Sequence record: LC768500.1 | Reading direction: 5' to 3' (one strand) | Length of the DNA: 64,000 nt | Shown: positions 27,464 to 37,994 of the stretch, piece by piece | Numbering within the stretch: position 1 is the stretch's first letter | How the letters are laid out: every line of letters starts with the position of its first letter | Notes under the pieces: model-generated | The model's database searches: none | Seen by the model: only the letters and a program-made list of their open reading frames with translations | What the model was told of the DNA's origin: nothing | Program-made: the position numbers and the translations under genes

Positions 27464-28690
27464 ATGGCAGAAAAATTTGTCTATAAGAAACCCATAAACC
27501 AGCTTAAACCAGAGTTGATGTCTATCAATATTAACTTGAACTCATTTCCCTGGTCGGTTTCATCGTCACGTCAATATATGTTGGGTGGTAACGTAGCTAA
27601 AGCAGTTTCCATACAAGGGGCGTCGACAAGACGCAATCCTACCGGCTTCGAACCAGAATATGCTAAGTACGCTCGTAAAGTCGTAGCCCCGTCAAACATG
27701 ACTGTAGAGAGAACATTTTATCAGCGATCTCTACAACCCGGTAGCAATCTTGCAGATGATTGGGCGGAGATCCACGTTATCTTCTTTAATGAAGAACACC
27801 AGCTTTATGATCTCTTAACTATTCCACGATTTAATACGCAGAATACTTACGTTGGGTTTGAGTACAAACTTAACAAGGATAACCTTCGTAAACTCAGTAC
27901 AGAATCACCGACCTTTAAGAAAGGCGATGTGTTTGCGTATTCTCCAAATATCAGCGATACTGGAGAGTGGATGTTTGGTACTGAGGCGATGGTTTGTGGG
28001 ATGACCGCACCTTATACCGAAGAAGACGGCATTGCTATTACTGAGAGCTTTGCTCGTAAGCTGACCAGCATCTTCCAGCATTCTCGTAAGTTCTCCTGGA
28101 ACGAAGCAGAGTACGTCCCCCTGAATCTTTATGGAACATTAGATTCCCCACGACCGTTCCCTGAGAACGGAGAAAGTATTCGTAGTGACGGCATCGTCAT
28201 GGGATTCCGTAGACGTGACACTTCGAGCGCTCTGGTGGGCTTAACCAAAAAAGCACTCATGCGTCCTGATCAAACTTATGATATTCTTTTCTACGCACCT
28301 AAAGATTGTGTTGTTAAAAATATCTCCGTCAAGTCAGATCGTTATAAGAACGTTTCCAATAACAAACGTCAGGAGAAGATTACTCAGCCTCACACTCAGT
28401 TGCTGGAACGTTATGAACAGCGCTCTAACCAAATGGCGTTTGAGGTCCAGGAGTGGTATTACCGGATGGATGCGAAGTTTAAAGATTCCGATCTTCCTTT
28501 CACCCATGCGCTCCAAGAGTTCATCTCTAAACAGTTAGGCGACGTCACTAAAAACTTCGCTACCGGCAAGTATAACCAGGTCAAGCGAACTCACCGCAAT
28601 AAGGCGCTTTTGGATTGGAACGTCGAGATTACTTTAAAGGAAAGAGTCACTGCGCGTAAACGTTTTAAAATTACCGACACTCAAGGTGCT
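27464..28690 (+). CDS. rpoB: nvRNAP beta C-terminal subunit (phiKZ gp71-73-like), exon 1
   Basis: SSSRQYMLG, EDGIAITES, ends KITDTQGA; spliced product ~703 aa. Confidence 0.88.
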
Positions 28691-30515
28691 TCGCCCCACA
28701 AGTATCCGTTATCTTAAAATGATGTTGGGGTTGTAAAGACTTTTTGAAGGAGGTCTTTATGACGGTGAAATTGATAGGAAATCCCGATATAGAAGTAGAC
28801 TTACTCGAAAAGTCTTTATTTATAAAGGGAGAAGAAATTATTGAAGGGAACGCCTTCCGAGTAGATTTATTCGGTGGAAGTTTCCAAGTGACACGGGAAT
28901 GGCTAATCTCGTTCGCTCGTTATAACTTGGATATCCCAAAAGAGCATGTCGATAAAATAACCTTTATTCGATTTGCTAAAACATGGTCTCCGTTTCGTAA
29001 AACCAATAAGCGATACGAAATACCCGTCTTTGACGAACCTATGGTTTCTGAAGACGGATACGCGATCATACCAACCGATTTTGAATATGAAATTAGTCGG
29101 GAAGGAGTTATTAGAAATCGTAAGACCAAACGAATCGCTCCATTGTACGAGAAAGACTACCTTTTTTGTTCGCTAAAGGGAGAGGAAAGGTTACATCGTA
29201 CTGTGGCTCTTGTTTGGTGCTATAACGAGAACTTCGAAACACGACCGATTGTTAATCATAAAGATGGAAATAAGCTTAATCCTCACGCAGATAACTTGGA
29301 ATGGTCATCGTTTTCTTTAAACGCAATTCATGCGTTTAAAGAAGGGCTTAGGGATGATAATAAGCCTTGTGTGATGAGGAACATCTTTACCGGAGAGGTT
29401 ACTGAGTTTTATTCGGTAAGTGCCGTTGCTTATGAATTCGGACTAGGATTTGAGTCAGCCTTCGCGTACCTTAAACGTAAAATGCGGCAATCCCCTTTCA
29501 TGAAAGAATATGAGTTTGTGTTGAAAGGAGATCCTTGGGAAATTCCGTTGGGCGGTATAAAGGGAGTAAGAGGGCGGTATCTCTTCACTATAGAAAAACC
29601 AAATGGTGAAGTGGTATACCGGACCAATATCCCTAAAATCATATCCGAATTCAAGTTATGGAATCTCCCGAGTTGGTCGAAGGATTGCGTTGTAGAAAGG
29701 ATGAAGGAAGAACATCCCGATTGGTCGATTTCTGTTATTGATTACTTTAGGGCGGGCGAGTATCAGGTCAAAAACCTACAAACCGGAGAAGTGATCGATT
29801 TCGTAAAACCCGCCGAAGTATCCGGGTTGATAGGCGTCCCTCGTCAAACCATTAATAAGTGGTTAACCGAAAAACAATTTAACGTCAATCACAACGGTTG
29901 GGTATTCAGGGAGAAATCATCTTCTGAATGGGATGAGGTTTTCCCGAAACCCAATTCTAAGAAAGCGGTATTGGTGACCGACATCAATACAGGTAAAGTG
30001 TCTGAGTTTGAATCCGTAATAGCCGCGGCTTCTCACTTTGGTATTAACAAACGTTCAGTGGGTAGAAGGATACTATCCGGAAGTCTTTTCGAGAGCAAGA
30101 AGTTTAGTTACAAGCCCCAACATCCTTCATAAGACATTTGATATTTGTGAGACAGGGCCGGCTAGGCACGAAAGTCCTAGACCGTTATCTCTTTGAATTG
30201 CTGGAAAAACCACAAAAGTCTGATGCCTGCTTAGCAGGAGGGGATAACCCGGAAATAAGTTCAGACCTGACCTATGCTAACCAATAACGCTAAGGGTCGT
30301 TAAAAAGGGTGGATCAGCAGCGAACCCTACTTCGGTAGGAGGCGTTCAACGACTAAGGCCTAACCAGCCTGTACTGGAGACATGATGTTTCTGGGAAGTG
30401 GAGAGAGACCTAAGTTCGGCTCTAGCCGAATATGGTTAAGATATAGTCTGTTCCCTAATAACACTAGGGCGGGTGTCTTCGCACACCGGGTTCCACGATG
30501 GAACTGGACAAAAAG
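28691..30515 (+). mobile_element. group I intron C (IA2-like) with HNH ORF in loop L1
   Basis: Exon ends GCU, omega-G 30515; GUUCAACGACUA 30344-55, AAGAUAUAGUCU 30438-49; 10-bp stem 28697-706/30140-49. Confidence 0.92.
28759..30132 (+). CDS. intron-encoded HNH homing endonuclease with multiple NUMOD1/IENR1-type repeats
   Basis: RLHRTVA...VNHKDGNKLNPHADNLEW..N..HA; repeats N..TGEV/QTGEV/NTGKV; SD AAGGAGG. Confidence 0.9.
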   Translation: MTVKLIGNPDIEVDLLEKSLFIKGEEIIEGNAFRVDLFGGSFQVTREWLISFARYNLDIPKEHVDKITFIRFAKTWSPFRKTNKRYEIPVFDEPMVSEDGYAIIPTDFEYEISREGVIRNRKTKRIAPLYEKDYLFCSLKGEERLHRTVALVWCYNENFETRPIVNHKDGNKLNPHADNLEWSSFSLNAIHAFKEGLRDDNKPCVMRNIFTGEVTEFYSVSAVAYEFGLGFESAFAYLKRKMRQSPFMKEYEFVLKGDPWEIPLGGIKGVRGRYLFTIEKPNGEVVYRTNIPKIISEFKLWNLPSWSKDCVVERMKEEHPDWSISVIDYFRAGEYQVKNLQTGEVIDFVKPAEVSGLIGVPRQTINKWLTEKQFNVNHNGWVFREKSSSEWDEVFPKPNSKKAVLVTDINTGKVSEFESVIAAASHFGINKRSVGRRILSGSLFESKKFSYKPQHPS

Positions 30516-31400
30516 AAAGGTGTAATCGTTCACATTATACCCGATGCTAACGCACCGCGATACGCCGATGGACGTCGATCAGAAGTCATTATTAACAATA
30601 CTCCTGCTTTTAGACGCCAGATCTTTTCGGCGTTAATAGAAGCTGGGGTTAACTTAATAGGCTTGGAGATCGAAAACAGGATCAGAGTTCTCGTTGCTCA
30701 AAATGGAGGGTATAAGAAAGCTTATCAGGAGCTCATTAAGTTTTATCGTTCTACCGCTCCGGAGTTCGCTGATATCGTTGATACCGCTCTCCCCACGGAA
30801 GAAGAACAATTCGATCACGTTGACTTTGTGTTGAGTGATAAGATCTCTGTTCAGCGTCGAAGCGACACTCAGCTGTATGGCGCGGATATTCTGAGATTGA
30901 TGCGGGAAACCTATCCGGATATCAAACCTCAAAAGGCAATTTACGTTAACGAGCTCGGTCAGGAAATCACCACCATGTTCCCTGTCAGTATCAGCAGCAT
31001 GTATTACATCCTGCTTGATAAGTTCGGTAACGATATGAGTTGCCAGTCATTCCCTAAGCGTAACGTGTACGGTCTGCCGTCTAAGTTGAATCATGGCGAT
31101 CGTTATAGGGATTGGCACCGCGCTCAACCAGGTCGTAATATGGGTGAGGCAGAATCACGTCAGAAAAATACTCAAATGGGGGGAGAGGAAGTTGTAAGGC
31201 AGTTGGCGGCAGCTAACTCCCCTTACGTTTGTATCATGATGACGAAACGTATTATTCGGGCTGATAATCCGTTCCGAATTAAAACCATTATTAAACCTGA
31301 AGAGTATGCGATGAGCCGATCTTTGGGAATGACGATGAATTTACTCAACGACGCGGGTTATACTTTACGTAAGGAAAAAGACAGTGATCTTACTTCGTGA
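30516..31400 (+). CDS. rpoB: nvRNAP beta, exon 2
   Basis: Starts KGVIVHIIPD, giving QGAKG (cf. HGNKG); GRNMGEAESR (cf. GQRFGEME). Confidence 0.88.
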   Translation, partial: KGVIVHIIPDANAPRYADGRRSEVIINNTPAFRRQIFSALIEAGVNLIGLEIENRIRVLVAQNGGYKKAYQELIKFYRSTAPEFADIVDTALPTEEEQFDHVDFVLSDKISVQRRSDTQLYGADILRLMRETYPDIKPQKAIYVNELGQEITTMFPVSISSMYYILLDKFGNDMSCQSFPKRNVYGLPSKLNHGDRYRDWHRAQPGRNMGEAESRQKNTQMGGEEVVRQLAAANSPYVCIMMTKRIIRADNPFRIKTIIKPEEYAMSRSLGMTMNLLNDAGYTLRKEKDSDLTS

Positions 31401-33363
31401 TTATGCGAATCTGACCGAACGAGAGCTCCTGACCAAATGGTGGAAGAATCGTGTTAAAGTTGTGGTTAAGGATGACCACGGTGAAACACTAGAAACCGAT
31501 TCTTACGTGTTGATGGTGAATTGGTATGGATTATCGATTCACCGAGCCTATAACAAAATCCCTTATTCCATACAAGAGATATTCCAAGCCAAAGTCTGGA
31601 ATGATAAAACAATACAGCGACCTATTAACTGGTTCCTCCAAAATCAGTTGATGCCGTTAATTGACGATCCGGTTGAAACCGATCGGATTAAGCAAATGAT
31701 TTACGAGTGGCAGATTAAACTTAATAACTTCCTGCACTTCTTTGGTCAAGGAGCGGAGATATCGGCGCTGGGGTACGATATACTCGACGTCATGGATCAT
31801 CCTTTGATGAGGAGTATCAAAGAACGCATCCATTCTCTCGAAATAACCATCGATGAAGGGGAGGCGGAATTTAAATCGCTTATCCTTGAGCATGAAGATT
31901 TCGATAGCAACACCTTTGCTTTACTCGCTAGGACCGGATCGGTTTCGGTCAATCAGGGCTTCCAAACCGTTATTATCAGGGGATCGGTATTTGACCTAAA
32001 CAACCAGATACTCCCCAATCCTGTAGAAGCATCATTTGCAGATGGTTTGGTTAATTTGGCGGATGCTTTGGGTGAGAGTAAAGCGGCGGGTAAGAGTCTC
32101 ATCAGTAACGGCCGCGCATTGGAAGATTCAGAGTGGTTCCATAGGAAATTGCATATTGTGACTTCCGTGGTGACAGATCTGCATCATCAGACTGATTGCG
32201 GGACAACCTTCACAGTACCGATTAAAATTCTTTCCAGGGATATGCTTTCTGCTATGAAGGGCAAGTATATCGTGGAAGAAGGCAAGTTGGTCTTATTAAC
32301 CGATCAAACCATTAAACGTTACCATAAAGGCGATGTTCTTAATATGAGGTCGGTTAAAGGATGCCTCACTCACACTCCTGGATCTCCCTGTGGGGTGTGT
32401 TACGGCAAGATGAAGGCCTCGATACCGTATAACGTCATCATGATGAAATCTGCGAATCCTGGCATGTATTCCGCCACGGCAATTGCAGAACGTATTGGCC
32501 AGGCTCTTCTTTCGACCAAACACTTCATGAGACACACTCAAACTATTCCGTTCTTTGTTAAGCCAACAGATGCGGATGTGATCTCCTCTGATACGAATTA
32601 CATTTTCTTGAATAAAGAAATGTGTCGTAAAGGAACTAAGGTCATATTGGATGGGTTGATCGGAAGCGAGCTTTCTGACTTCCGAAATCTGGAATCTCTG
32701 GATGAGATCAATTTCGATCAATTGCGGACATTCCCTTCTGTTGCGTTTGAATATGAAACGGAAGACCCGATGACCGAAGGTATTGCGATCACACAACGTA
32801 ATATCACCACGTCTGTATCCTCTCGTAGTGCAAGGATGTCAAGAGAGTTTATCGAGTACGCCATCTCTAAAGGGTGGGAGAAAGATAAAAAGTTGATTAC
32901 GGTCGATCTGTCTGATTATCGTAGTGAGGATCCGTTGTTCTTCCTCCCTTATGTACATGAGGACCTGGATCAGTATCGTCGTCAAATCGAAGGATTTGTC
33001 TCTTTCTCCAATCGTAACAACGCTTGGAAGCAAAGGGAGATAACTCCTGAGATCTTCGGGGAAGTATTAGGCGAAATGTGGAGCTTAGTAAACCGTAAGT
33101 TTGCCGGGATCAACATTATTCACTCCGAAATTATCCTTTACTCCCTGTTAACGAGGGATCCGTTTAACGGATTGTATAGGATACCTAGAGGTGACGAGCC
33201 CCAGTATTTCTCCGCTTTCACGCATTGCATTAACAATCGAGGAATAGGGACCCTGGCGATTTACCAGAAGCAAAATCAGATACTCGAATCCCCTGAGACG
33301 TATGATATTAAAGAACGTCAAGGAGGCGCCTTTGAGTGTTATCTGGCTCCAGCCGTCCTATAG
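31384..33363 (+). CDS. rpoC: nvRNAP beta' C-terminal subunit (phiKZ gp74-like)
   Basis: DCGT, CGVCYG Zn site, AIAERIGQALLSTKH (cf. GEPGTQLTM). Confidence 0.85.
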   Translation: MILLRDYANLTERELLTKWWKNRVKVVVKDDHGETLETDSYVLMVNWYGLSIHRAYNKIPYSIQEIFQAKVWNDKTIQRPINWFLQNQLMPLIDDPVETDRIKQMIYEWQIKLNNFLHFFGQGAEISALGYDILDVMDHPLMRSIKERIHSLEITIDEGEAEFKSLILEHEDFDSNTFALLARTGSVSVNQGFQTVIIRGSVFDLNNQILPNPVEASFADGLVNLADALGESKAAGKSLISNGRALEDSEWFHRKLHIVTSVVTDLHHQTDCGTTFTVPIKILSRDMLSAMKGKYIVEEGKLVLLTDQTIKRYHKGDVLNMRSVKGCLTHTPGSPCGVCYGKMKASIPYNVIMMKSANPGMYSATAIAERIGQALLSTKHFMRHTQTIPFFVKPTDADVISSDTNYIFLNKEMCRKGTKVILDGLIGSELSDFRNLESLDEINFDQLRTFPSVAFEYETEDPMTEGIAITQRNITTSVSSRSARMSREFIEYAISKGWEKDKKLITVDLSDYRSEDPLFFLPYVHEDLDQYRRQIEGFVSFSNRNNAWKQREITPEIFGEVLGEMWSLVNRKFAGINIIHSEIILYSLLTRDPFNGLYRIPRGDEPQYFSAFTHCINNRGIGTLAIYQKQNQILESPETYDIKERQGGAFECYLAPAVL

Positions 33364-33379
33364 ACAATAGGAGTTAACC

Positions 33380-34918
33380 GTGCGTAAGACGGTGGTCATT
33401 AACAAAGCGCACAATTACCTCAGAATAACGGATTATTCTGAGGAGTTTGTGAACAGAGTGATAATGCCGTTCTGTCGACGGTATCTTTATAAGTACGCCA
33501 AAAAACCTATCCCCGGAACAAGAAAAACTCAGAGTTACGTGAGTCATGTGTTCGCTCGTATGAATAATGACAAAACGGAATTCCGTATATCCGCGGGTCT
33601 TCTAAAAGAATTCCTGAGTTTTATGGAATATTGCGGGTACGCCCCCAACAGGGCGGAAATCCGAGATGTCCCTGAAATTATTCCGGCCAAGGTTGACTTT
33701 AAATGGAAGCCGCCTTTTGGTGAACTGAGGGAACACCAGGTGGATTGGTGTGAGTATCAGTTAGCGCCGGGTGGGTTAAAGGTCAATTCGGCTTTAATGG
33801 GTCAGGGTAAGAGTATTATGGCCACGCACACCATGCTTAATATGGGGGTGAGGACGCTGATAACTGCTCTTCCTAGATACATTCCGGTCTGGAGCAAATG
33901 TCTTTTCGAATACCTTGATCTGAAAATAGAAGATGTGATTTATGTCGAATCAGGTCAGATAGAGGAGATTGCTGAAAATATTCAGAATGGGATTATTAAC
34001 CCTAAAATCATTATCCTTCCGTTGACTAGGATCGACACGCACTACAAACGGATGAGGGAGGATGATGCTGTTCCTGACTTAGATGAACTCTATGCTAAGA
34101 TGGGAATCGGGCTGAGGATCATGGATGAAGGACATGAATCTGTTTATCAGGTTTATATGTCCATGCTCTACGGCAATTTCTCGAAGACCCTGGCACTGTC
34201 AGCAACCCTGAAAGCAGACGATGCTTTACAGAACCGTATCTATTCGTACATCTATCCTCAAAGCATTCGGTTAAAAGATGGCGTGGCGAAGAAATACATC
34301 GATGTTTACGCCTACCATCACTGGATTGACATTAGGAAGTTCAGAATTAACCCCAGAGGATTTGGGGGGTATAACCACGTGAAGTTCGAACAAGGGATTA
34401 TGAAGTCCCCTTACCTGCTCGGTAGGTATTACGAACTCTGTAAACAGGCGTTTGAAGAGTTTTATGTCAAAGACTTGTTACCCGAGCAAAAAGCCCTCTG
34501 GTTCTTTGCTACAGTAGAAATGTGTGTCAACATGTTGGAGTTCTTTAAAAGGGACTACCCGGAAATGGATTTCGGGAAATACACCAACGAGGAATCGTCT
34601 AAGGCAGATACCAAGGATAATTACCTCAAGCACCAAGTCTTGATTACCACTCCTCAGAGTTGCAGCACCGGTAAAGATATTGAGAAACTCTACGTGGCGT
34701 TTAGTCCCTATGCGGTTTCTTCTAAACAGCGTAACGCTCAGTCATTAGGGCGTTTAAGGGAAATAACAAAATGGTGGCCTGACCTTTCTCCTAAGTACGT
34801 TTACTTCGTTTGTCAGAACGTCGACAAGCAAGTTGACTACCACCGTAAACGAATGGAAGAGTTTGCGGATAAAGCGAAGAGCATCACCAATATCAATAGC
34901 GGGCATTCTATTCCTTAG
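33380..34918 (+). CDS. superfamily 2 helicase (phiKZ gp75-like)
   Basis: MGQGKS, DEGH, SAT, QSLGRLR motifs. Confidence 0.9.
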   Translation: MRKTVVINKAHNYLRITDYSEEFVNRVIMPFCRRYLYKYAKKPIPGTRKTQSYVSHVFARMNNDKTEFRISAGLLKEFLSFMEYCGYAPNRAEIRDVPEIIPAKVDFKWKPPFGELREHQVDWCEYQLAPGGLKVNSALMGQGKSIMATHTMLNMGVRTLITALPRYIPVWSKCLFEYLDLKIEDVIYVESGQIEEIAENIQNGIINPKIIILPLTRIDTHYKRMREDDAVPDLDELYAKMGIGLRIMDEGHESVYQVYMSMLYGNFSKTLALSATLKADDALQNRIYSYIYPQSIRLKDGVAKKYIDVYAYHHWIDIRKFRINPRGFGGYNHVKFEQGIMKSPYLLGRYYELCKQAFEEFYVKDLLPEQKALWFFATVEMCVNMLEFFKRDYPEMDFGKYTNEESSKADTKDNYLKHQVLITTPQSCSTGKDIEKLYVAFSPYAVSSKQRNAQSLGRLREITKWWPDLSPKYVYFVCQNVDKQVDYHRKRMEEFADKAKSITNINSGHSIP

Positions 34919-35010
34919 AATTTTTCAGTACTAAATTATTATTAGGTCAAGAGCTGGGGGTTTCCTCAGCTCCCACCTATTACGCGTTTACAAATTTAGG
35001 AGGAACGACT

Positions 35011-35460
35011 ATGCGTTCCGTCATGATCATAAGAGCAGGAAAGGAGATCGAACCCTTTGCATTGGAAGCCTTGATCGCGGGCATTTTGGACTACTCAGCA
35101 CATCAGAAACTCGAAGATGCGTACGAGATTATGGATTCTTTGTTATCCAATATTGTTACGGATAGTTTGGATGAACTTAATGACAAAATGCTCGAACCCA
35201 CCACTCGACCTCTTTCCTTATACGAGAAGGAAAAATACCAGCATTATTTGAACGAAAAGAAGAACGAACGTTATATTCGTTTCTTCCAATTACGTCAGCG
35301 TACTCTGAGCGCTTTCTCGACGTTTCTTGAAAACTTTAACGACCCCATCCTATCTATGTCTAAAGGTAATAATCTTTTACCCAAGTTGGAAGCCGAACGA
35401 AATAATATTTTGTTCGTCTCATTAGAGCAGAAGAAGAATGGAACCAAAACAAAACAATAG
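35011..35460 (+). CDS. hypothetical protein
   Basis: SD AGGAGG. Confidence 0.75.
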   Translation: MRSVMIIRAGKEIEPFALEALIAGILDYSAHQKLEDAYEIMDSLLSNIVTDSLDELNDKMLEPTTRPLSLYEKEKYQHYLNEKKNERYIRFFQLRQRTLSAFSTFLENFNDPILSMSKGNNLLPKLEAERNNILFVSLEQKKNGTKTKQ

Positions 35461-35836
35461 CCTGATTTCGGTATTGCGATCTCGCTCCAATTATTCTGAG
35501 GAAGGAGGCTTGGTAGCTGGAGAATATCTGGCGGATTATTTTGAAAACGCCATTATTCAAGAGCATATGGATTTGGGTTATTTAAGAAACATGTGTTATG
35601 AACAGGCGTTAATGGGCAGTCGGTCATTAACAAAACCTGGGTGGATGCATCCAGCCCTCTCTTACGACGCAAGTGACGTCTGCGACGATTTATTTACAGA
35701 AGCGATGGAAATACTCGCTGAAGTTAATAATGACGTCACAGAGGCTCTGAATTGCATTAATTCCATTTCCTTTAAACGTACTTCCCGGCTCCTCTTTAGT
35801 ACCGGAAGTGTAATTATGATAAAAACCCAATGGTAA
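35438..35836 (+). CDS. hypothetical protein
   Basis: ORF in operon. Confidence 0.65.
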   Translation: MEPKQNNSLISVLRSRSNYSEEGGLVAGEYLADYFENAIIQEHMDLGYLRNMCYEQALMGSRSLTKPGWMHPALSYDASDVCDDLFTEAMEILAEVNNDVTEALNCINSISFKRTSRLLFSTGSVIMIKTQW

Positions 35837-36201
35837 ACAGAATAAGAAGTTTGGTTAGGGTCAGTGTCCCAGCAGACATCCCCTGGGCTTCTGATTCGAG
35901 GTTGTACCACGCCAGCGCACTTTTCTTTGAACGCTGGATTTACTATGGTGATTTCTCTCCTGAAGCTTACGACGAACTCTTTATCGATGTCGAATCTTTA
36001 TTTGAGAAACCACCGAAATTAGATGTCAATGAGATGTTTGATGAATGTTTACTCTTAGTGGAAAATATTCGTAATGACGAACTTAACAGTGAAGTGAAAC
36101 ATCTTATTGAGAGCAGTCGTTTTAAGGTATCGGTTGAGGGCACGAAGCTCATCAATTGGGATCATCAACGCTTTTTAATCTTAGTGGAAACTTTAACATG
36201 A
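35830..36201 (+). CDS. hypothetical protein
   Basis: ORF in operon. Confidence 0.65.
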   Translation: MVNRIRSLVRVSVPADIPWASDSRLYHASALFFERWIYYGDFSPEAYDELFIDVESLFEKPPKLDVNEMFDECLLLVENIRNDELNSEVKHLIESSRFKVSVEGTKLINWDHQRFLILVETLT

Positions 36202-36647
36202 GTAGAAAATCTATTGTATTACGTCTTCCGGCTTCAACTGTTGCCGACCTCAAGGAGTTTGACGAAGAAGCGCAACTTCTTATTCTCACAGCCTGCCTCT
36301 CACTCGCCAAACGACCCACTCAGGAACTCGTTAAGGAAGACGAAGACACCGATCCTCGCTCCATCATCTCCAAAGAGGTCGATGATATTCTCGACACCAT
36401 CGACGATAACTTCGAAGAGGTTGACGACGACGAGGATGATGAATCGGCAGAAGCCCGTAAGGATGAACAACGTACGGTGATTCATCAGCAAATGGCTGAC
36501 TTCATCGAAGAGTTTGTTGGGTTGCTGACCGACCCTCAAAGTGAAAACTGCGGCGTATTGGCGGCCATCGCGCTGGAAGAACTCGACACCCCTATCAGCT
36601 GGGCTGCTGATGACAAAACCGGCCTGACCACCATTGTATACGGCTGA
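36198..36647 (+). CDS. acidic hypothetical protein
   Basis: ATGA overlap with previous stop; D/E-rich core. Confidence 0.75.
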   Translation: MSRKSIVLRLPASTVADLKEFDEEAQLLILTACLSLAKRPTQELVKEDEDTDPRSIISKEVDDILDTIDDNFEEVDDDEDDESAEARKDEQRTVIHQQMADFIEEFVGLLTDPQSENCGVLAAIALEELDTPISWAADDKTGLTTIVYG

Positions 36648-36650
36648 CAG

Positions 36651-36683
36651 TAATCCTCCTACCCCAATGGGGTAGGAGGATTA
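36651..36683. terminator. bidirectional hairpin, CTCCTAC family
   Basis: 15-bp stem between convergent genes. Confidence 0.8.
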
Positions 36684-36701
36684 GCTTATTTATTTTTTTT
36701 T

Positions 36702-37994
36702 CTAGAAAAGTGAATCGTAAAGATTGAGCACCGTTGTTTCTACTTTAGAAACGTGGGCGTTTTTCATCTTAGTTAACATAAACCGAGTTGGTATGTTAAC
36801 GACCTCACTACTTAAACGGTTGGCCGATTTACCCAAAGAAACCCCACAACAAACCTTGCAATGGTTATCTTCTTTTGTCTGACACAGATAAGGAACACGC
36901 ATCTTAACCGTACTACCTATCATTTCGGTCTCAGTGCCCTCCAGAACGGTCGGTTTCCCATTCTTAAGGTAATAACCGCCCTTCCAGTTCTTGAGACTGT
37001 AAGGGTCGATATAGACGTCTTCCGTATAGGCCGTCCCACAATCATCTTCGGCCACGATAATTCGTGAGGTTAAGCGCATCAGTTCTTTAACCCCTGCACC
37101 ACCTTCACCTGTCGCTTTACCACGGTCATAAGACGCGGAAACTGCGGTATTGATGTAGTGGGTGATTTGATCGTAATTCCAAATCTCATTAAGAGGTTGT
37201 TTTATCAGAATAAACTCACCCGTGTTAAAGTCCCTTTCCAGACCAAAGACCAGGAACATTTTCTTACGGGCGTTATCGATAAATTTCTTATCGATGAAGA
37301 AGTCAGAAGAAGCGCCGTTCAATTGCTCTTCCATGTCGAGGTCTACGATCTGTTTGATGATGTTCGCTGCGACAATGGGGTCGTTTAACTCATGGGCGTG
37401 TTCTTTAAACAATCTCTCCCTTAATGCGATGACCGCTTTACTTACGGTAACCGCCTGAATACTCCCGGCTTTAGTAAAGATATCATTTAAGCCCATCAGA
37501 TAGTTGGCTTGTTTAGTAAGCTTAAGACATTCGGTCACGCTTGCTTTACCAGCTGGTATCTCTTCACCCGGCTGAGGGTCGTCTACCATTAATTCGGCGA
37601 TGACGTCTTCCACTAATCTACCGGTTATGAGTTTATTGTGATACGGAGTCCGGTTTTGGAATACTTCCCAGAAAAGACATCTGTTAAGCAACAAGATCCC
37701 CATTGTGGTGGTAATGCTCCCCTCAATACTCGGATGCCATTTATTATCTATCACCAACTTTTCGTGTTTATAGAAAAGAGGGTACGCGAGATCCCCTTCT
37801 ATTTCTATCGTGTCCCCATCGTCGTTATAACACCAAAGTCCGTTGGGACTGCGATGAAGGAACCAGGGAGTTTTACCTAACAGAGTCTCGTTTTTTTCAT
37901 TATCAGTAAGAACGGAGAAGGTGCTCAGTATCCAGAGTTTCTTTTGATACATACGCCTTTCAAAACACTGGAAGAGGTAATCGATCTTATTCAT
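36702..37994 (-). CDS. rpoC: virion RNAP beta' C-terminal subunit (phiKZ gp80-like)
   Basis: GKATGEGG..R....EDDCGT, CQ....HCKVCCG Zn site. Confidence 0.85.
   Translation of the reverse strand: MNKIDYLFQCFERRMYQKKLWILSTFSVLTDNEKNETLLGKTPWFLHRSPNGLWCYNDDGDTIEIEGDLAYPLFYKHEKLVIDNKWHPSIEGSITTTMGILLLNRCLFWEVFQNRTPYHNKLITGRLVEDVIAELMVDDPQPGEEIPAGKASVTECLKLTKQANYLMGLNDIFTKAGSIQAVTVSKAVIALRERLFKEHAHELNDPIVAANIIKQIVDLDMEEQLNGASSDFFIDKKFIDNARKKMFLVFGLERDFNTGEFILIKQPLNEIWNYDQITHYINTAVSASYDRGKATGEGGAGVKELMRLTSRIIVAEDDCGTAYTEDVYIDPYSLKNWKGGYYLKNGKPTVLEGTETEMIGSTVKMRVPYLCQTKEDNHCKVCCGVSLGKSANRLSSEVVNIPTRFMLTKMKNAHVSKVETTVLNLYDSLF

Noticed and set aside
30498-30515. ATG start for a separate 300-aa RNAP fragment
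   Set aside because: Lies within the 3' end of intron C; the exon begins at 30516
35000-35013. GAGGAACGACTATG identical to 52877..52890
   Set aside because: Mostly SD plus start codon; two copies do not exceed plausible chance
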